This document shows, one piece after another, positions 6,998 to 15,110 of a stretch of DNA of 33,429 bases. The DNA lies in the IMG/VR virus record IMGVR_UViG_3300020469_000142, positions 1 to 33,429 of that record; one strand, written 5' to 3'. The notes beneath the pieces were generated by a model. The model was not told where the DNA came from and did not search any database. It saw only the letters and a program-made list of their open reading frames with translations. A program made the position numbers and the translations under genes. This stretch comes from a virus. Taxonomy: Duplodnaviria; Caudoviricetes. Numbering within the stretch: position 1 is the stretch's first letter; every line of letters begins with the position of its first letter.

Positions 6998-7882
6998 ATG
7001 TCATTTGCAAATCTGAAGAGCGCGCGAGGCTCGTCCATCGACAAACTCGTAAATGCAGCGCAAGCTGTCAACGAAAAAACAGAAACAAAGTCATATGCTG
7101 ACGATCGTTTCTGGAAACCTACTCAAGATAAAGCTGGTAATGGTTATGCTGTTATTAGATTCTTGCCTGCGAAAGAAGGAGAGGATTTACCTTGGGTAAG
7201 ATACTGGGATCACGGGTTTAAAGGCCCAAGTGGTTTATGGTATATTGAAAATAGTTTGACTTCAATCAATCAAGCTGATCCTGTTAGTGAATCAAATGGT
7301 TTACTTTGGAACTCTGGTCGTGAAGAAGACAAGCAAACAGCTAGGGACAGAAAGAGACGTCTACATTATGTATCTAATGTGATGGTGGTATCTGACTCAG
7401 CAAATCCAGATGCGGAAGGGAAAGTTTTCCTTTACAAATTTGGTAAAAAGATCTTTGATAAAATTATGGATGTTATGCAGCCACAATTTGCTGATGAAGA
7501 TCCAGTGAATCCTTTCGATTTTTGGGAAGGCGCTGACTTCAAACTGAAGATCAGGAAGGTAGAAGGTTGGACTAATTACGATAAGTCCGAATTTTCTGCT
7601 CCATCTGCTTTAGCTGGTGGTAATGATGAAGAGCTAGAAAATATATATTCAAAAATATATTCACTTAGCGATTTCATGGATCCCAAGAACTATAAGTCAT
7701 ATAATGAGCTTAAAGCTAAATTGAATAGAGTTCTTGGTGTGGATGCTGGAGAAACTATGGAAGCTCCTGAAGTCCATTATGCAGCTGCTCCAAGTGAGAT
7801 AGTTGCAGAAGCTTCGCCAATGGCGGAAAGTAATGATGATGATACATTGTCTTACTTTGCAAAATTAGCTAAGGATAATTAA
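6998..7882 (+). CDS. 32: single-stranded DNA-binding protein gp32
   Basis: DDRFWKP..DKAGNGYAVIRFLPA, HGFKG, WYIENSLT, GKVFLYKFGKKIFDKI, NPFDFWEGADFKLKIRKV, acidic tail DDTLSYFAKLA. Confidence 0.97.
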   Translation: MSFANLKSARGSSIDKLVNAAQAVNEKTETKSYADDRFWKPTQDKAGNGYAVIRFLPAKEGEDLPWVRYWDHGFKGPSGLWYIENSLTSINQADPVSESNGLLWNSGREEDKQTARDRKRRLHYVSNVMVVSDSANPDAEGKVFLYKFGKKIFDKIMDVMQPQFADEDPVNPFDFWEGADFKLKIRKVEGWTNYDKSEFSAPSALAGGNDEELENIYSKIYSLSDFMDPKNYKSYNELKAKLNRVLGVDAGETMEAPEVHYAAAPSEIVAEASPMAESNDDDTLSYFAKLAKDN

Positions 7883-7995
7883 CCATAGGAGAACCCGGTA
7901 AAGTCGTAGGGAAATAAACAGAGTCGATTGGCGTCCTTCCGCTCGGATCAAGTAACGAAAACCTTTACATATAAGTTACAGAGTAAATTGCCACT
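7883..7995 (+). ncRNA. candidate structured RNA in the gene 32 3' trailer
   Basis: No usable ORF seen; GC-richer than flanks; several short helices with two possible pseudoknot pairings (by eye). Confidence 0.4.
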
Positions 7996-8024
7996 AAGCC
8001 TCAGTCTGCAGCTGGGGCTTTTTT
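7996..8024 (+). terminator. Rho-independent terminator between convergent operons
   Basis: AAGCCTCAG / CTGGGGCTT stem followed by a T run. Confidence 0.88.
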
Positions 8025-8214
8025 ATACCCGTGACATAACTGCTTCGATATACTCTTTTACACGATGCACAGGAACATGACTGATTGTCGAGTATTCCTC
8101 GAGTATATCAATCTCTTCTGGGGTGGTTATAACCTTGGGAAGTTTTTTTGGTTCTCTGTGAGGGAACGTGAGGGATTTACAAGAGCATCGAGCGTATCTT
8201 TTTGAACGAGCCAA
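8023..8214 (-). CDS. hypothetical small protein, 63 aa
   Basis: TTG start with AAGGA SD just after the tape-measure stop; ends at the terminator. Confidence 0.55.
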   Translation of the reverse strand: MARSKRYARCSCKSLTFPHREPKKLPKVITTPEEIDILEEYSTISHVPVHRVKEYIEAVMSRV

Positions 8215-8225
8215 ATATTTTTCCT

Positions 8226-10073
8226 TTATCCAAATGAATCCGATAATGCTGCAGTGGTAGCTGATCCACTACTATCATTTACTATTGATATATTTTGAAC
8301 TGATCTTCTTGATGCATCAGTTACTATTTGATTTTGGGTATTACCTTGAGCCATACGTTTAGCTTCTAATTGTAAATTTCTGTCTTGATTAATCATATTG
8401 TTTTGATCTACAGCACTAGTAAGAGCTCCAGTTTCTGGATCCATGCCGGCAAATTCATAAATACCGTCAGGTATAGCTCTAGAAGCTAGACCAGCAATTG
8501 ATAACAGTCCTTTACTTGGATCAGGTAATACAGATCTTAAAAGAGCTTTAAATAGCTCAGGTATTTTTGATATTAGTTCTCCCATAGTTGGAAGACTTGC
8601 CATAAAATTTCCTATTTTTTCTGGTAAAGAAATTATACCATTAATAAGTCCATTTATTGCTCCAAATACAAATTGGAATACTGATTCTACTCCATCAACA
8701 AGACTTCCAAATAGATTTTCAAAAGAAAAGTTATCTAAAATTCTTGATATAAAATTGCCTTCTCCAAGAATTTTTTCTGACAGCCATGATATAGCTGATT
8801 TTAACATATCTAATGGAAGACCAACAAAGCCTACTAAGAATCCTTTTATACCACCAAATAATCCTGATATAAGTTTACTTTCTCCTTTAGCTGTATCTTC
8901 TAAGCCGCCAAATATTCCTTTAACCGTATCAATAATACCAAAAATAATTGTTAATGGTAAAAAGAAACGGCCTAAAACTTTACCAAATCTAAAGAAGGCG
9001 TCTTTAGTTGTTTTAAATAATGTAAAGAATGGGTTCAATACAGTAGCAAGAGTTTTACCAACACCTTTTACAAGGCCTGGAACTTTACCTAATGATTTTA
9101 ATTGTGTACCAAATAATCCTTGTTGTGGTTTTGGTATTTTACCAGCAAAAGCTTCTGCAATTTTTCTAACTGGATCTGCTAGATCTCCTACTAGGGCAAA
9201 TATTGCTCTGGGTATTTCCATTGCAAAATTAAATATGCCCGTACCAAAAGTTTTAAATCCGCCTAGTATAAAAGCAGTAAGACTTCCAGCCTTTATAAAA
9301 CCTTTAGAACTCGTAACAAATTTAATTGCGGCTCTTATACCATCAACTACAGCATCAAATAATTGTGTTATTCTTGCACCTACAGCTGATACTTTAGTAG
9401 CTGCTGTACCTCTTAAGTTTTTTAATGGTTTTGTAATGCTATCAAGAAACATATCTAATTGCATAGAAAGACCAAGAGCAAATCCAAGAGCTCTTGGCTT
9501 TATAAATTTCTTAAGTGATTGAAATAAATCTACTACTAAATCTATTATTTTTTGAAAAGGTAATCTTAAGTTCTTTTTACCATCTTTATCAAATGTAAAG
9601 AAAAGTCTTTCAAAAAATCCAGTTATTATACCAGCACTTAATCCAGCTATGGTACCAATAACGGCGCCAACAGCACCTACTAAAATACTAAAGAATCCTT
9701 TCGAAAGTTTGGCTACTTTATTTTCTTTCAGATTGCCAACTATTTCTCCCAATAAATCGTTAGTTTCTTCAGCTCTTGAAGCTGCTTCTCTTTTATCCTC
9801 TAAGTCTTTAAGAGAACTTTTTTCTACCATTTCAGAAGTTAATTTACTTAAAGATTCACTTAATGCTAAGAATCCAGAAGTATTTGTACGTAGTATTTGA
9901 GCCTGTATTGATACGTTATTACGATCAATATTCATTGATATACCAAGTTTATTATTAATATCTTCTAATACATTAGTATCAGGAGTTTCTTTTCTTTCTC
10001 TTGGTTGAGGCGCCGTTTTTTGGCGCTGCATATCAGCTTGTTCTTTTATAGATTTGTTATCTTCTTCAGCCAT
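8226..10073 (-). CDS. probable tape measure / baseplate hub protein (T4 gp29-like)
   Basis: 615 aa, helical, amphipathic G/F/L/K-rich repeats, hydrophobic segment ILVGAVGAVIGTIAGLSAGII; follows gp26/gp51-like genes. Confidence 0.65.
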   Translation of the reverse strand: MAEEDNKSIKEQADMQRQKTAPQPRERKETPDTNVLEDINNKLGISMNIDRNNVSIQAQILRTNTSGFLALSESLSKLTSEMVEKSSLKDLEDKREAASRAEETNDLLGEIVGNLKENKVAKLSKGFFSILVGAVGAVIGTIAGLSAGIITGFFERLFFTFDKDGKKNLRLPFQKIIDLVVDLFQSLKKFIKPRALGFALGLSMQLDMFLDSITKPLKNLRGTAATKVSAVGARITQLFDAVVDGIRAAIKFVTSSKGFIKAGSLTAFILGGFKTFGTGIFNFAMEIPRAIFALVGDLADPVRKIAEAFAGKIPKPQQGLFGTQLKSLGKVPGLVKGVGKTLATVLNPFFTLFKTTKDAFFRFGKVLGRFFLPLTIIFGIIDTVKGIFGGLEDTAKGESKLISGLFGGIKGFLVGFVGLPLDMLKSAISWLSEKILGEGNFISRILDNFSFENLFGSLVDGVESVFQFVFGAINGLINGIISLPEKIGNFMASLPTMGELISKIPELFKALLRSVLPDPSKGLLSIAGLASRAIPDGIYEFAGMDPETGALTSAVDQNNMINQDRNLQLEAKRMAQGNTQNQIVTDASRRSVQNISIVNDSSGSATTAALSDSFG

Positions 10074-10387
10074 TATTTGTCGCCATTAAACGATTTACTT
10101 GATTTGCTAGTGCCGGCATATAAACCAAACCATGCAGCACCTGCGCCTACTATAATACTTATAAGACCTGATTGCTCAAGTGTAGGGTTTTCTAGACCCA
10201 TAAACCACATAGTGGAATAATAAAGCAAGAATATGTAGATACTTAAAAATGCTCGTGGAAATATTCTCCAAGCATCAACAGCGTGCGCTAAGTGAATCCA
10301 TTTTTGATATGGATTTTTGCTTGAATCAACTGTTTTAGTATCTACTTCAAGTTCTATCTGTACTGTCTTTTTTTCTATTTCGCTCAT
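10073..10387 (-). CDS. small 2-TM membrane protein (holin-like topology)
   Basis: WRIFPRAFLSIYIFLLYYSTMWF and GLISIIVGAGAAWFGLYA hydrophobic segments; overlapping start/stop on both sides. Confidence 0.75.
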   Translation of the reverse strand: MSEIEKKTVQIELEVDTKTVDSSKNPYQKWIHLAHAVDAWRIFPRAFLSIYIFLLYYSTMWFMGLENPTLEQSGLISIIVGAGAAWFGLYAGTSKSSKSFNGDK

Positions 10388-10524
10388 CGCATTTTCCTTT
10401 CTTGTTCAGCTTGACGCTTATTTTCTTCTTTAATATATTCACTTAATAATGTAACATATATTTCTCTTTCCCATGGCATCATTTCGTTTAATTCACTTAA
10501 ACTATAATTATGATGCTGCATCAT
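10384..10524 (-). CDS. 51: gp51-like baseplate hub assembly catalyst domain (46 aa from first ATG; probably the C-terminus of a frameshift fusion with gp26)
   Basis: Translated by hand: MMQHHNYSLSELNEMMPWEREIYVTLLSEYIKEENKR; frame stays open upstream to the T7 run at 10578-10584. Confidence 0.82.
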   Translation of the reverse strand: MMQHHNYSLSELNEMMPWEREIYVTLLSEYIKEENKRQAEQERKMR

Positions 10525-10571
10525 CGCGAAATTAATCTTATAATGATTTACAAGACTATCGTGAGAGAGGC

Positions 10572-11279
10572 CTAAGTAAAAAAACTTTGAAGCCCTCTTA
10601 CTTCAGTATTATTTTCATGCCCACAATTTACACATGTAAAAATCAAATCCGTTTTAATTGATGGCATATTATCAAAGAAAGATCCTAATTTTTGGAACTG
10701 TTCGCTATTCATTCCATCAATAAAATTATCTAATTCTTTTTGACTAATATCAGATTTTTCATGAATCTCATCAGTATCAAAAATATTAACTATACACATT
10801 TTTAAAAGAGACATAATACCTTCTACTTTTTCCAATTCTTCTGGTTTAAAGGCGCTTATATCTTTAAATGATGGATAACGCATAGTTAAACCAACATCAT
10901 CAGTTAACATAATTGTCTTATCTTCTTCATCAATTTCCGGAACATCAAGCTTATCTAAGTCGACTTCAATATCATTATTTGTGTCGCATTCTGCGCACTT
11001 CATAGTAATATTAATTCCTTCACCTACAGACTTTTGTCGTAGATTAATGAAGAGTAATTCAACATCAAATACTGCCAAATTATCAACATTAATATCATCA
11101 AGTACACATGCTTTAATGATATCTGAAACAGCTGCAAGAATCTGTTTTTGATCATTAGATTCCATAGCTATCATAAGTATTTTCTCTTCCTTAACTAAAT
11201 AAGGTCGAAAGGATACTTCCTTTCCAAGACCTGGTACATATACTTGGTACCTAGCCGAGTTTAATTGTGGTAAAGCCAT
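10572..11279 (-). CDS. 26: baseplate hub assembly chaperone gp26
   Basis: MALPQLN...FRPYLVKEEKILMIAMES, FDVELLFINLRQKSVGE, CxxC...CxxC, GLQSFF end; GGAG SD. Confidence 0.9.
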   Translation of the reverse strand: MALPQLNSARYQVYVPGLGKEVSFRPYLVKEEKILMIAMESNDQKQILAAVSDIIKACVLDDINVDNLAVFDVELLFINLRQKSVGEGINITMKCAECDTNNDIEVDLDKLDVPEIDEEDKTIMLTDDVGLTMRYPSFKDISAFKPEELEKVEGIMSLLKMCIVNIFDTDEIHEKSDISQKELDNFIDGMNSEQFQKLGSFFDNMPSIKTDLIFTCVNCGHENNTEVRGLQSFFT

Positions 11280-11305
11280 TATATTCTCCTATAGCAATTC
11301 AATTA

Positions 11306-11956
11306 TTATATAATATTTATAATCCTATCTGCAACACTTTTAGCTGCTGATCCAAGACTGCCCAATGCATCTTGTACTTCAAATTTATCATATGAAAATG
11401 TTACACTTAATCTTTGTAGTGTATCAGCACTTTCATTACTTAAAGCTAAACCAGAAATACTAGTTGGAAAAGCATTAATTAATTTGACACCATACAATGG
11501 TAGATTTTTTTCTTTGTCTACTTGTTGTATCATGATATCTGCAACAAATTCTTTTTTAAAGTTTACTGCATATTTATCTACATCAAACACTAACTTTTGC
11601 CAATTGTCAAATACTGTTTTCATGTAAAAATCTTGTGTTATGATAAATTCCATAGTTACATCTTCATCAATAAAATTTGTAACATATTTTTTTGTTTCTT
11701 TAAATGTCTGGTATTCTGCAGTTTGTATCTGTCTTCCTGGTATTGAAGTTGATATAGCAAGTAAGGATAAATCTCTAGGATCATTAATAAACGATTTTAA
11801 TCCACCACCAGCTAGAAAAGAATTAACTAACGATCTAGGGTTAGTGTTTAATAATGACTGTGTGGGTGGATTAAATATAACATTAAACCTATTTTGCATG
11901 ACCACACCGCCATGATTTTTTATTGAACTTTTTAAATCATCTATTGACTTTAACAT
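11306..11956 (-). CDS. tail-tube-fold baseplate protein (gp54-like tail tube initiator)
   Basis: NRFNV..., SIPGRQI, FDNWQ, VKLINAFPTSISGLALS, LSVTFSYD tube-fold motifs; position after gene 2. Confidence 0.7.
   Translation of the reverse strand: MLKSIDDLKSSIKNHGGVVMQNRFNVIFNPPTQSLLNTNPRSLVNSFLAGGGLKSFINDPRDLSLLAISTSIPGRQIQTAEYQTFKETKKYVTNFIDEDVTMEFIITQDFYMKTVFDNWQKLVFDVDKYAVNFKKEFVADIMIQQVDKEKNLPLYGVKLINAFPTSISGLALSNESADTLQRLSVTFSYDKFEVQDALGSLGSAAKSVADRIINII
11314..11321 (-). promoter_or_regulatory. T4 late promoter TATAAATA upstream of gene 26
   Basis: Exact consensus on the minus strand, inside the end of the upstream gene. Confidence 0.75.
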
Positions 11957-12549
11957 TATGTTACCTTATATGCATCTCTGCTGTATCTCCAGACAGATTG
12001 ATCTTTAACTTTCTTAAACTGTTGTGTTGGTAAGAATACTGCTATTTCCCAATCAGTCATAGGTACTCTTACTATTCTAGATTTTACATGATCCATTAGA
12101 TACATTTTAAAGCATGGTCTAAACTCTTTATATTTGTTTACACCTTTTAATGTATTATATCTAAGTCTTGCCAACCTAGTTGTATCTGTAACTTTCTTTG
12201 GAGCTAAATTCATAAGCTCATCCAAAAACCTAGCTCTTACTCCTGGAGCTAAGTAATGTAAATTAAGTCCTTGAAATCCACCCTTGACTGGTTTAACTAA
12301 TATTGTCAAAGGAAATTTGTCGTAGTATGGTAATTCATTTTTTAATTTTGGATCATAGAAATACATTACCATATCGCCTATCTTTGGATTAGCAGTAGCA
12401 GATAAAGCATCGTCTTTTAGTAACGCGTTACGATTAATAGTTTTTAAGTCATTAACCTTTCCACGGAACCAGTTCTGCGATGCTCGTGTGCGCGGAGTTA
12501 CTCCTGCACGAAATGCGCCAGCCTGTAATGTATCAAATAAACTTGCCAT
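11956..12549 (-). CDS. 2: DNA end protector protein gp2
   Basis: YFYDPKLKNELPYYDKFPL, GLNLHYL.P..R, PCFKMYL..HV.S, W.IA.FLP..QF. Confidence 0.93.
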   Translation of the reverse strand: MASLFDTLQAGAFRAGVTPRTRASQNWFRGKVNDLKTINRNALLKDDALSATANPKIGDMVMYFYDPKLKNELPYYDKFPLTILVKPVKGGFQGLNLHYLAPGVRARFLDELMNLAPKKVTDTTRLARLRYNTLKGVNKYKEFRPCFKMYLMDHVKSRIVRVPMTDWEIAVFLPTQQFKKVKDQSVWRYSRDAYKVT

Positions 12550-12554
12550 AAATC

Positions 12555-12562
12555 TATTTATA
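12555..12562 (-). promoter_or_regulatory. T4 late promoter TATAAATA 5 nt before the gene 2 ATG
   Basis: Minus strand reads TATAAATA GATTT ATG. Confidence 0.8.
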
Positions 12563-13009
12563 TCAAGACTTCAATAGTTTTATACCTAAATTTGACAATG
12601 TATCTTCGGTCCATATCTGAAACTTCCAGCCTTTATGATCTGCAAACTGATTAGCCGCCTCCCATTTACTTTGATTCTTTACGAATGTAACAACCTCATT
12701 GATATACCTTTTGGTTTTTCTAGCAGGTTTTTTAGGCGGACTAGTTTCTTTCTTAGGCTTAATTTCGACCAATATACAATCACCGTTATCCATCTCTACG
12801 AATAGATCTATAAAATAACGATGTATCTTATTGTCAGTTTTACATTTGTATGGTATAACTACCTCTTCAGAATTCCAAGATTTAACTCGTGTATTTGATT
12901 CACACCATTTAAATGCTTGCCTCTCCCATAGAGATCGATATACTACATTTTTGTAGTCGCCTATATATTTTTCAGGCTTCTTTATTTTGTATTTCCCTTT
13001 GTAACTCAT
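12563..13009 (-). CDS. 4: head completion nuclease gp4 (TnsA-like PD-(D/E)xK)
   Basis: YKGKY...PEKY.GD...VYRSLWER, WNSEEVVIPY, HRYFID, LVEIKP, NQSKWEAA, WKFQIWTE. Confidence 0.95.
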   Translation of the reverse strand: MSYKGKYKIKKPEKYIGDYKNVVYRSLWERQAFKWCESNTRVKSWNSEEVVIPYKCKTDNKIHRYFIDLFVEMDNGDCILVEIKPKKETSPPKKPARKTKRYINEVVTFVKNQSKWEAANQFADHKGWKFQIWTEDTLSNLGIKLLKS

Positions 13010-13050
13010 ATAAATACTCTTATAGTTTATAAATAGTATAGTTATTTATA
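13009..13050. promoter_or_regulatory. divergent late promoter cluster
   Basis: TATAAATA at 13009-13016 (+), 13028-13035 (+) and 13043-13050 (-). Confidence 0.85.
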
Positions 13051-13062
13051 TAGGAAAAATAC

Positions 13063-13947
13063 ATGAGTACACTTGGCACAAAAATAGCAGAAGAATTTAA
13101 TAAGTTAGATATAGCAAAAACTGCGAGTCCAAAAGGGAAGGGGAGTACCATTTTAAGGTATCCGCTAGATCTAGATCAGGCATCACAAAATTTTATTAGA
13201 TTTGAAATCGTAGACAGAGCAACTCAATTAGAGCAAAAGTCTATATATTTATATACACCTATAGGATTTTCTGTACCCGATGGAGCAACATATAATCAAG
13301 CAGATTTAGGTATAGTGGGCGGAGCTACTGATGCAGCTGTAGATACAGCCACGGGTCAAAGAGAAATTGGAAGCGCTCAAAATGCAAAGGACTTAGCTGG
13401 AGCTGTTATAACAAAAGCTGTTAGTTCTGGTGGAACAATAGGAGCAGCTTCATTAATTCAAAGTGGTACAGCATCTAACCCGTATACTAATGTGGCATTT
13501 CAAGGGACTGTTTTAAGATCATTTAATTTTCCGTTTAAATTAATTGCTGAATCTTCAGATGAAGCAGAGCAAATAAGGTTGATTGAAAATACATTTAGGA
13601 AATTTTTATATCCTGATACACAAGATTCAGAATTTCTTTTAAAATATCCACCTTTATTTAAAATAGAATTTGTCACAAAGGTTGGAGATAATATGTTAAG
13701 AAATAGATTTATGCCATTTATTAATTATTGTTACCTATTAAACATGACAACAACATTTAATGAAACTACAAATTTATTTCATACTAGCGGTCAACCAACA
13801 GAAGTATCTTTATCACTTACATTCCAAGAATCAAAAGCTATGATTAGAAAAGATTTATATACTGATCCAGATAATTTTGATAGCGCAGATTATCATGGAC
13901 AATATGATTCTCCTGTTAATATACCGCCAGTAACTGAGGGAGAATAA
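13063..13947 (+). CDS. 48: baseplate tail tube cap gp48
   Basis: LRYPLD, IYLYTP, NPYTNVAFQG...RSFNF.FKL.AES..EA, L.YP..F.I, C.L..M..., P.EV.LSLTFQE. Confidence 0.85.
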   Translation: MSTLGTKIAEEFNKLDIAKTASPKGKGSTILRYPLDLDQASQNFIRFEIVDRATQLEQKSIYLYTPIGFSVPDGATYNQADLGIVGGATDAAVDTATGQREIGSAQNAKDLAGAVITKAVSSGGTIGAASLIQSGTASNPYTNVAFQGTVLRSFNFPFKLIAESSDEAEQIRLIENTFRKFLYPDTQDSEFLLKYPPLFKIEFVTKVGDNMLRNRFMPFINYCYLLNMTTTFNETTNLFHTSGQPTEVSLSLTFQESKAMIRKDLYTDPDNFDSADYHGQYDSPVNIPPVTEGE

Positions 13948-15110
13948 TGGCATATTTCGAACAATTTCCAAGAATAAATTATGACTATAAGCGTGATGGT
14001 ATTATACAAAAGTCTGTAGATTTATTTAGACAAGTAAGACCATTACAAAATTTTGTAGATAATGTATCATCATATAAGTTATATGATATACCTAACGGCC
14101 AAAGACCTGATATATGTTCTATGAATTTATATGGTACACCAGACTTTTATTGGACCTTCTTTGTAATTAATGAATTTTTACACGATGGAATGACTGTATG
14201 GCCTATGTCTCCAGAAAATTTATATGACTATATTAATACAGAGTACCGTGGTATTGTAGTAGAAACAAGACCAGATATACAAAGAAATACTGATGGTGGT
14301 ATTACAGATTTTAGAGACTCATTAGCGGGTAGATATAATGTCGGTGAAAGAGTATATGGTGGAACATCAGGAGCTGCTGGAACATTAGTTAAGAAAGACT
14401 TATATTTAAATCAGTTAGTAATACAAGATGTAGTAAACGGCGTAACAGGTCAGAATCCACAAGAAGTTGCAATTATAAAGACTGCTGCTATATCTACATA
14501 TAATTCCGGAACTAATAAGACTACAATACCATTAAGATCTACCGATCCAGACATAGTAGCTAATCAAGTTTTAGTAAGAGCAACTAATGCCGCTGGTAAC
14601 TCTGTAATTACAAATTCTTTTTCAACCGGTGGTGTTACATACACAGGCTCACAAATTGTTAATCAAATAACAGGTAAGAATTTAATTATTAATGGTAATC
14701 ATCCAATACCTAATGGACAAGAACTATACTTCTATCAAATAAATAATGGTATTACTGGTGGTCCTTTTATTGGAGATGGTGTGGGTAATAATAGAGAAAC
14801 TATTAAAGGAAATACATCAACCGATTCAGTAACAACATGGAAGGTATATAACTATAGCGAAGCTCCGCATCACTGGTTTGTAGATGGCGATGAACAAGAA
14901 ATACAAGTATCTAATGCAAACTTCTTTTCAGTAACTGATAATGCAGCCACTAATGAAATTATTCAGGTTGGTTCAGTTGCTGCTCCAACTTTTACAAGTA
15001 ATAGAAATTACTTATTTGATCTTAATGAATCAAGATCAAGAATTCGAATTGTCGATCCTGCATATATCCATAGATTTGCTCGCGAATTTGAGACAGTATT
15101 AAATGGCTAG
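13947..15110 (+). CDS. 53: baseplate wedge subunit gp53 (LysM-like) with internal extension
   Basis: MAYFEQFP.I.YD, Y.I..GQRPD..S..LYGTP.FYW...IN, WP.S, SN..Y...LNE..S.IRI. Confidence 0.88.
   Translation: MAYFEQFPRINYDYKRDGIIQKSVDLFRQVRPLQNFVDNVSSYKLYDIPNGQRPDICSMNLYGTPDFYWTFFVINEFLHDGMTVWPMSPENLYDYINTEYRGIVVETRPDIQRNTDGGITDFRDSLAGRYNVGERVYGGTSGAAGTLVKKDLYLNQLVIQDVVNGVTGQNPQEVAIIKTAAISTYNSGTNKTTIPLRSTDPDIVANQVLVRATNAAGNSVITNSFSTGGVTYTGSQIVNQITGKNLIINGNHPIPNGQELYFYQINNGITGGPFIGDGVGNNRETIKGNTSTDSVTTWKVYNYSEAPHHWFVDGDEQEIQVSNANFFSVTDNAATNEIIQVGSVAAPTFTSNRNYLFDLNESRSRIRIVDPAYIHRFAREFETVLNG

Noticed and set aside
7964-7990. CCTTTACAT resembling an early -35 box
   Set aside because: No -10 hexamer at 16-18 bp spacing and it would fire straight into the terminator.
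8755-9522. 255-aa plus-strand ORF
   Set aside because: Antisense shadow of the tape-measure-like gene; Pro/Asn-rich mirror of Gly/Ile/Phe codons; no RBS or promoter.
12563-13009. TnsA-like nuclease as a transposon or homing endonuclease
   Set aside because: Matches T4 core head-completion gp4 in its usual context next to gene 2; no element ends seen.
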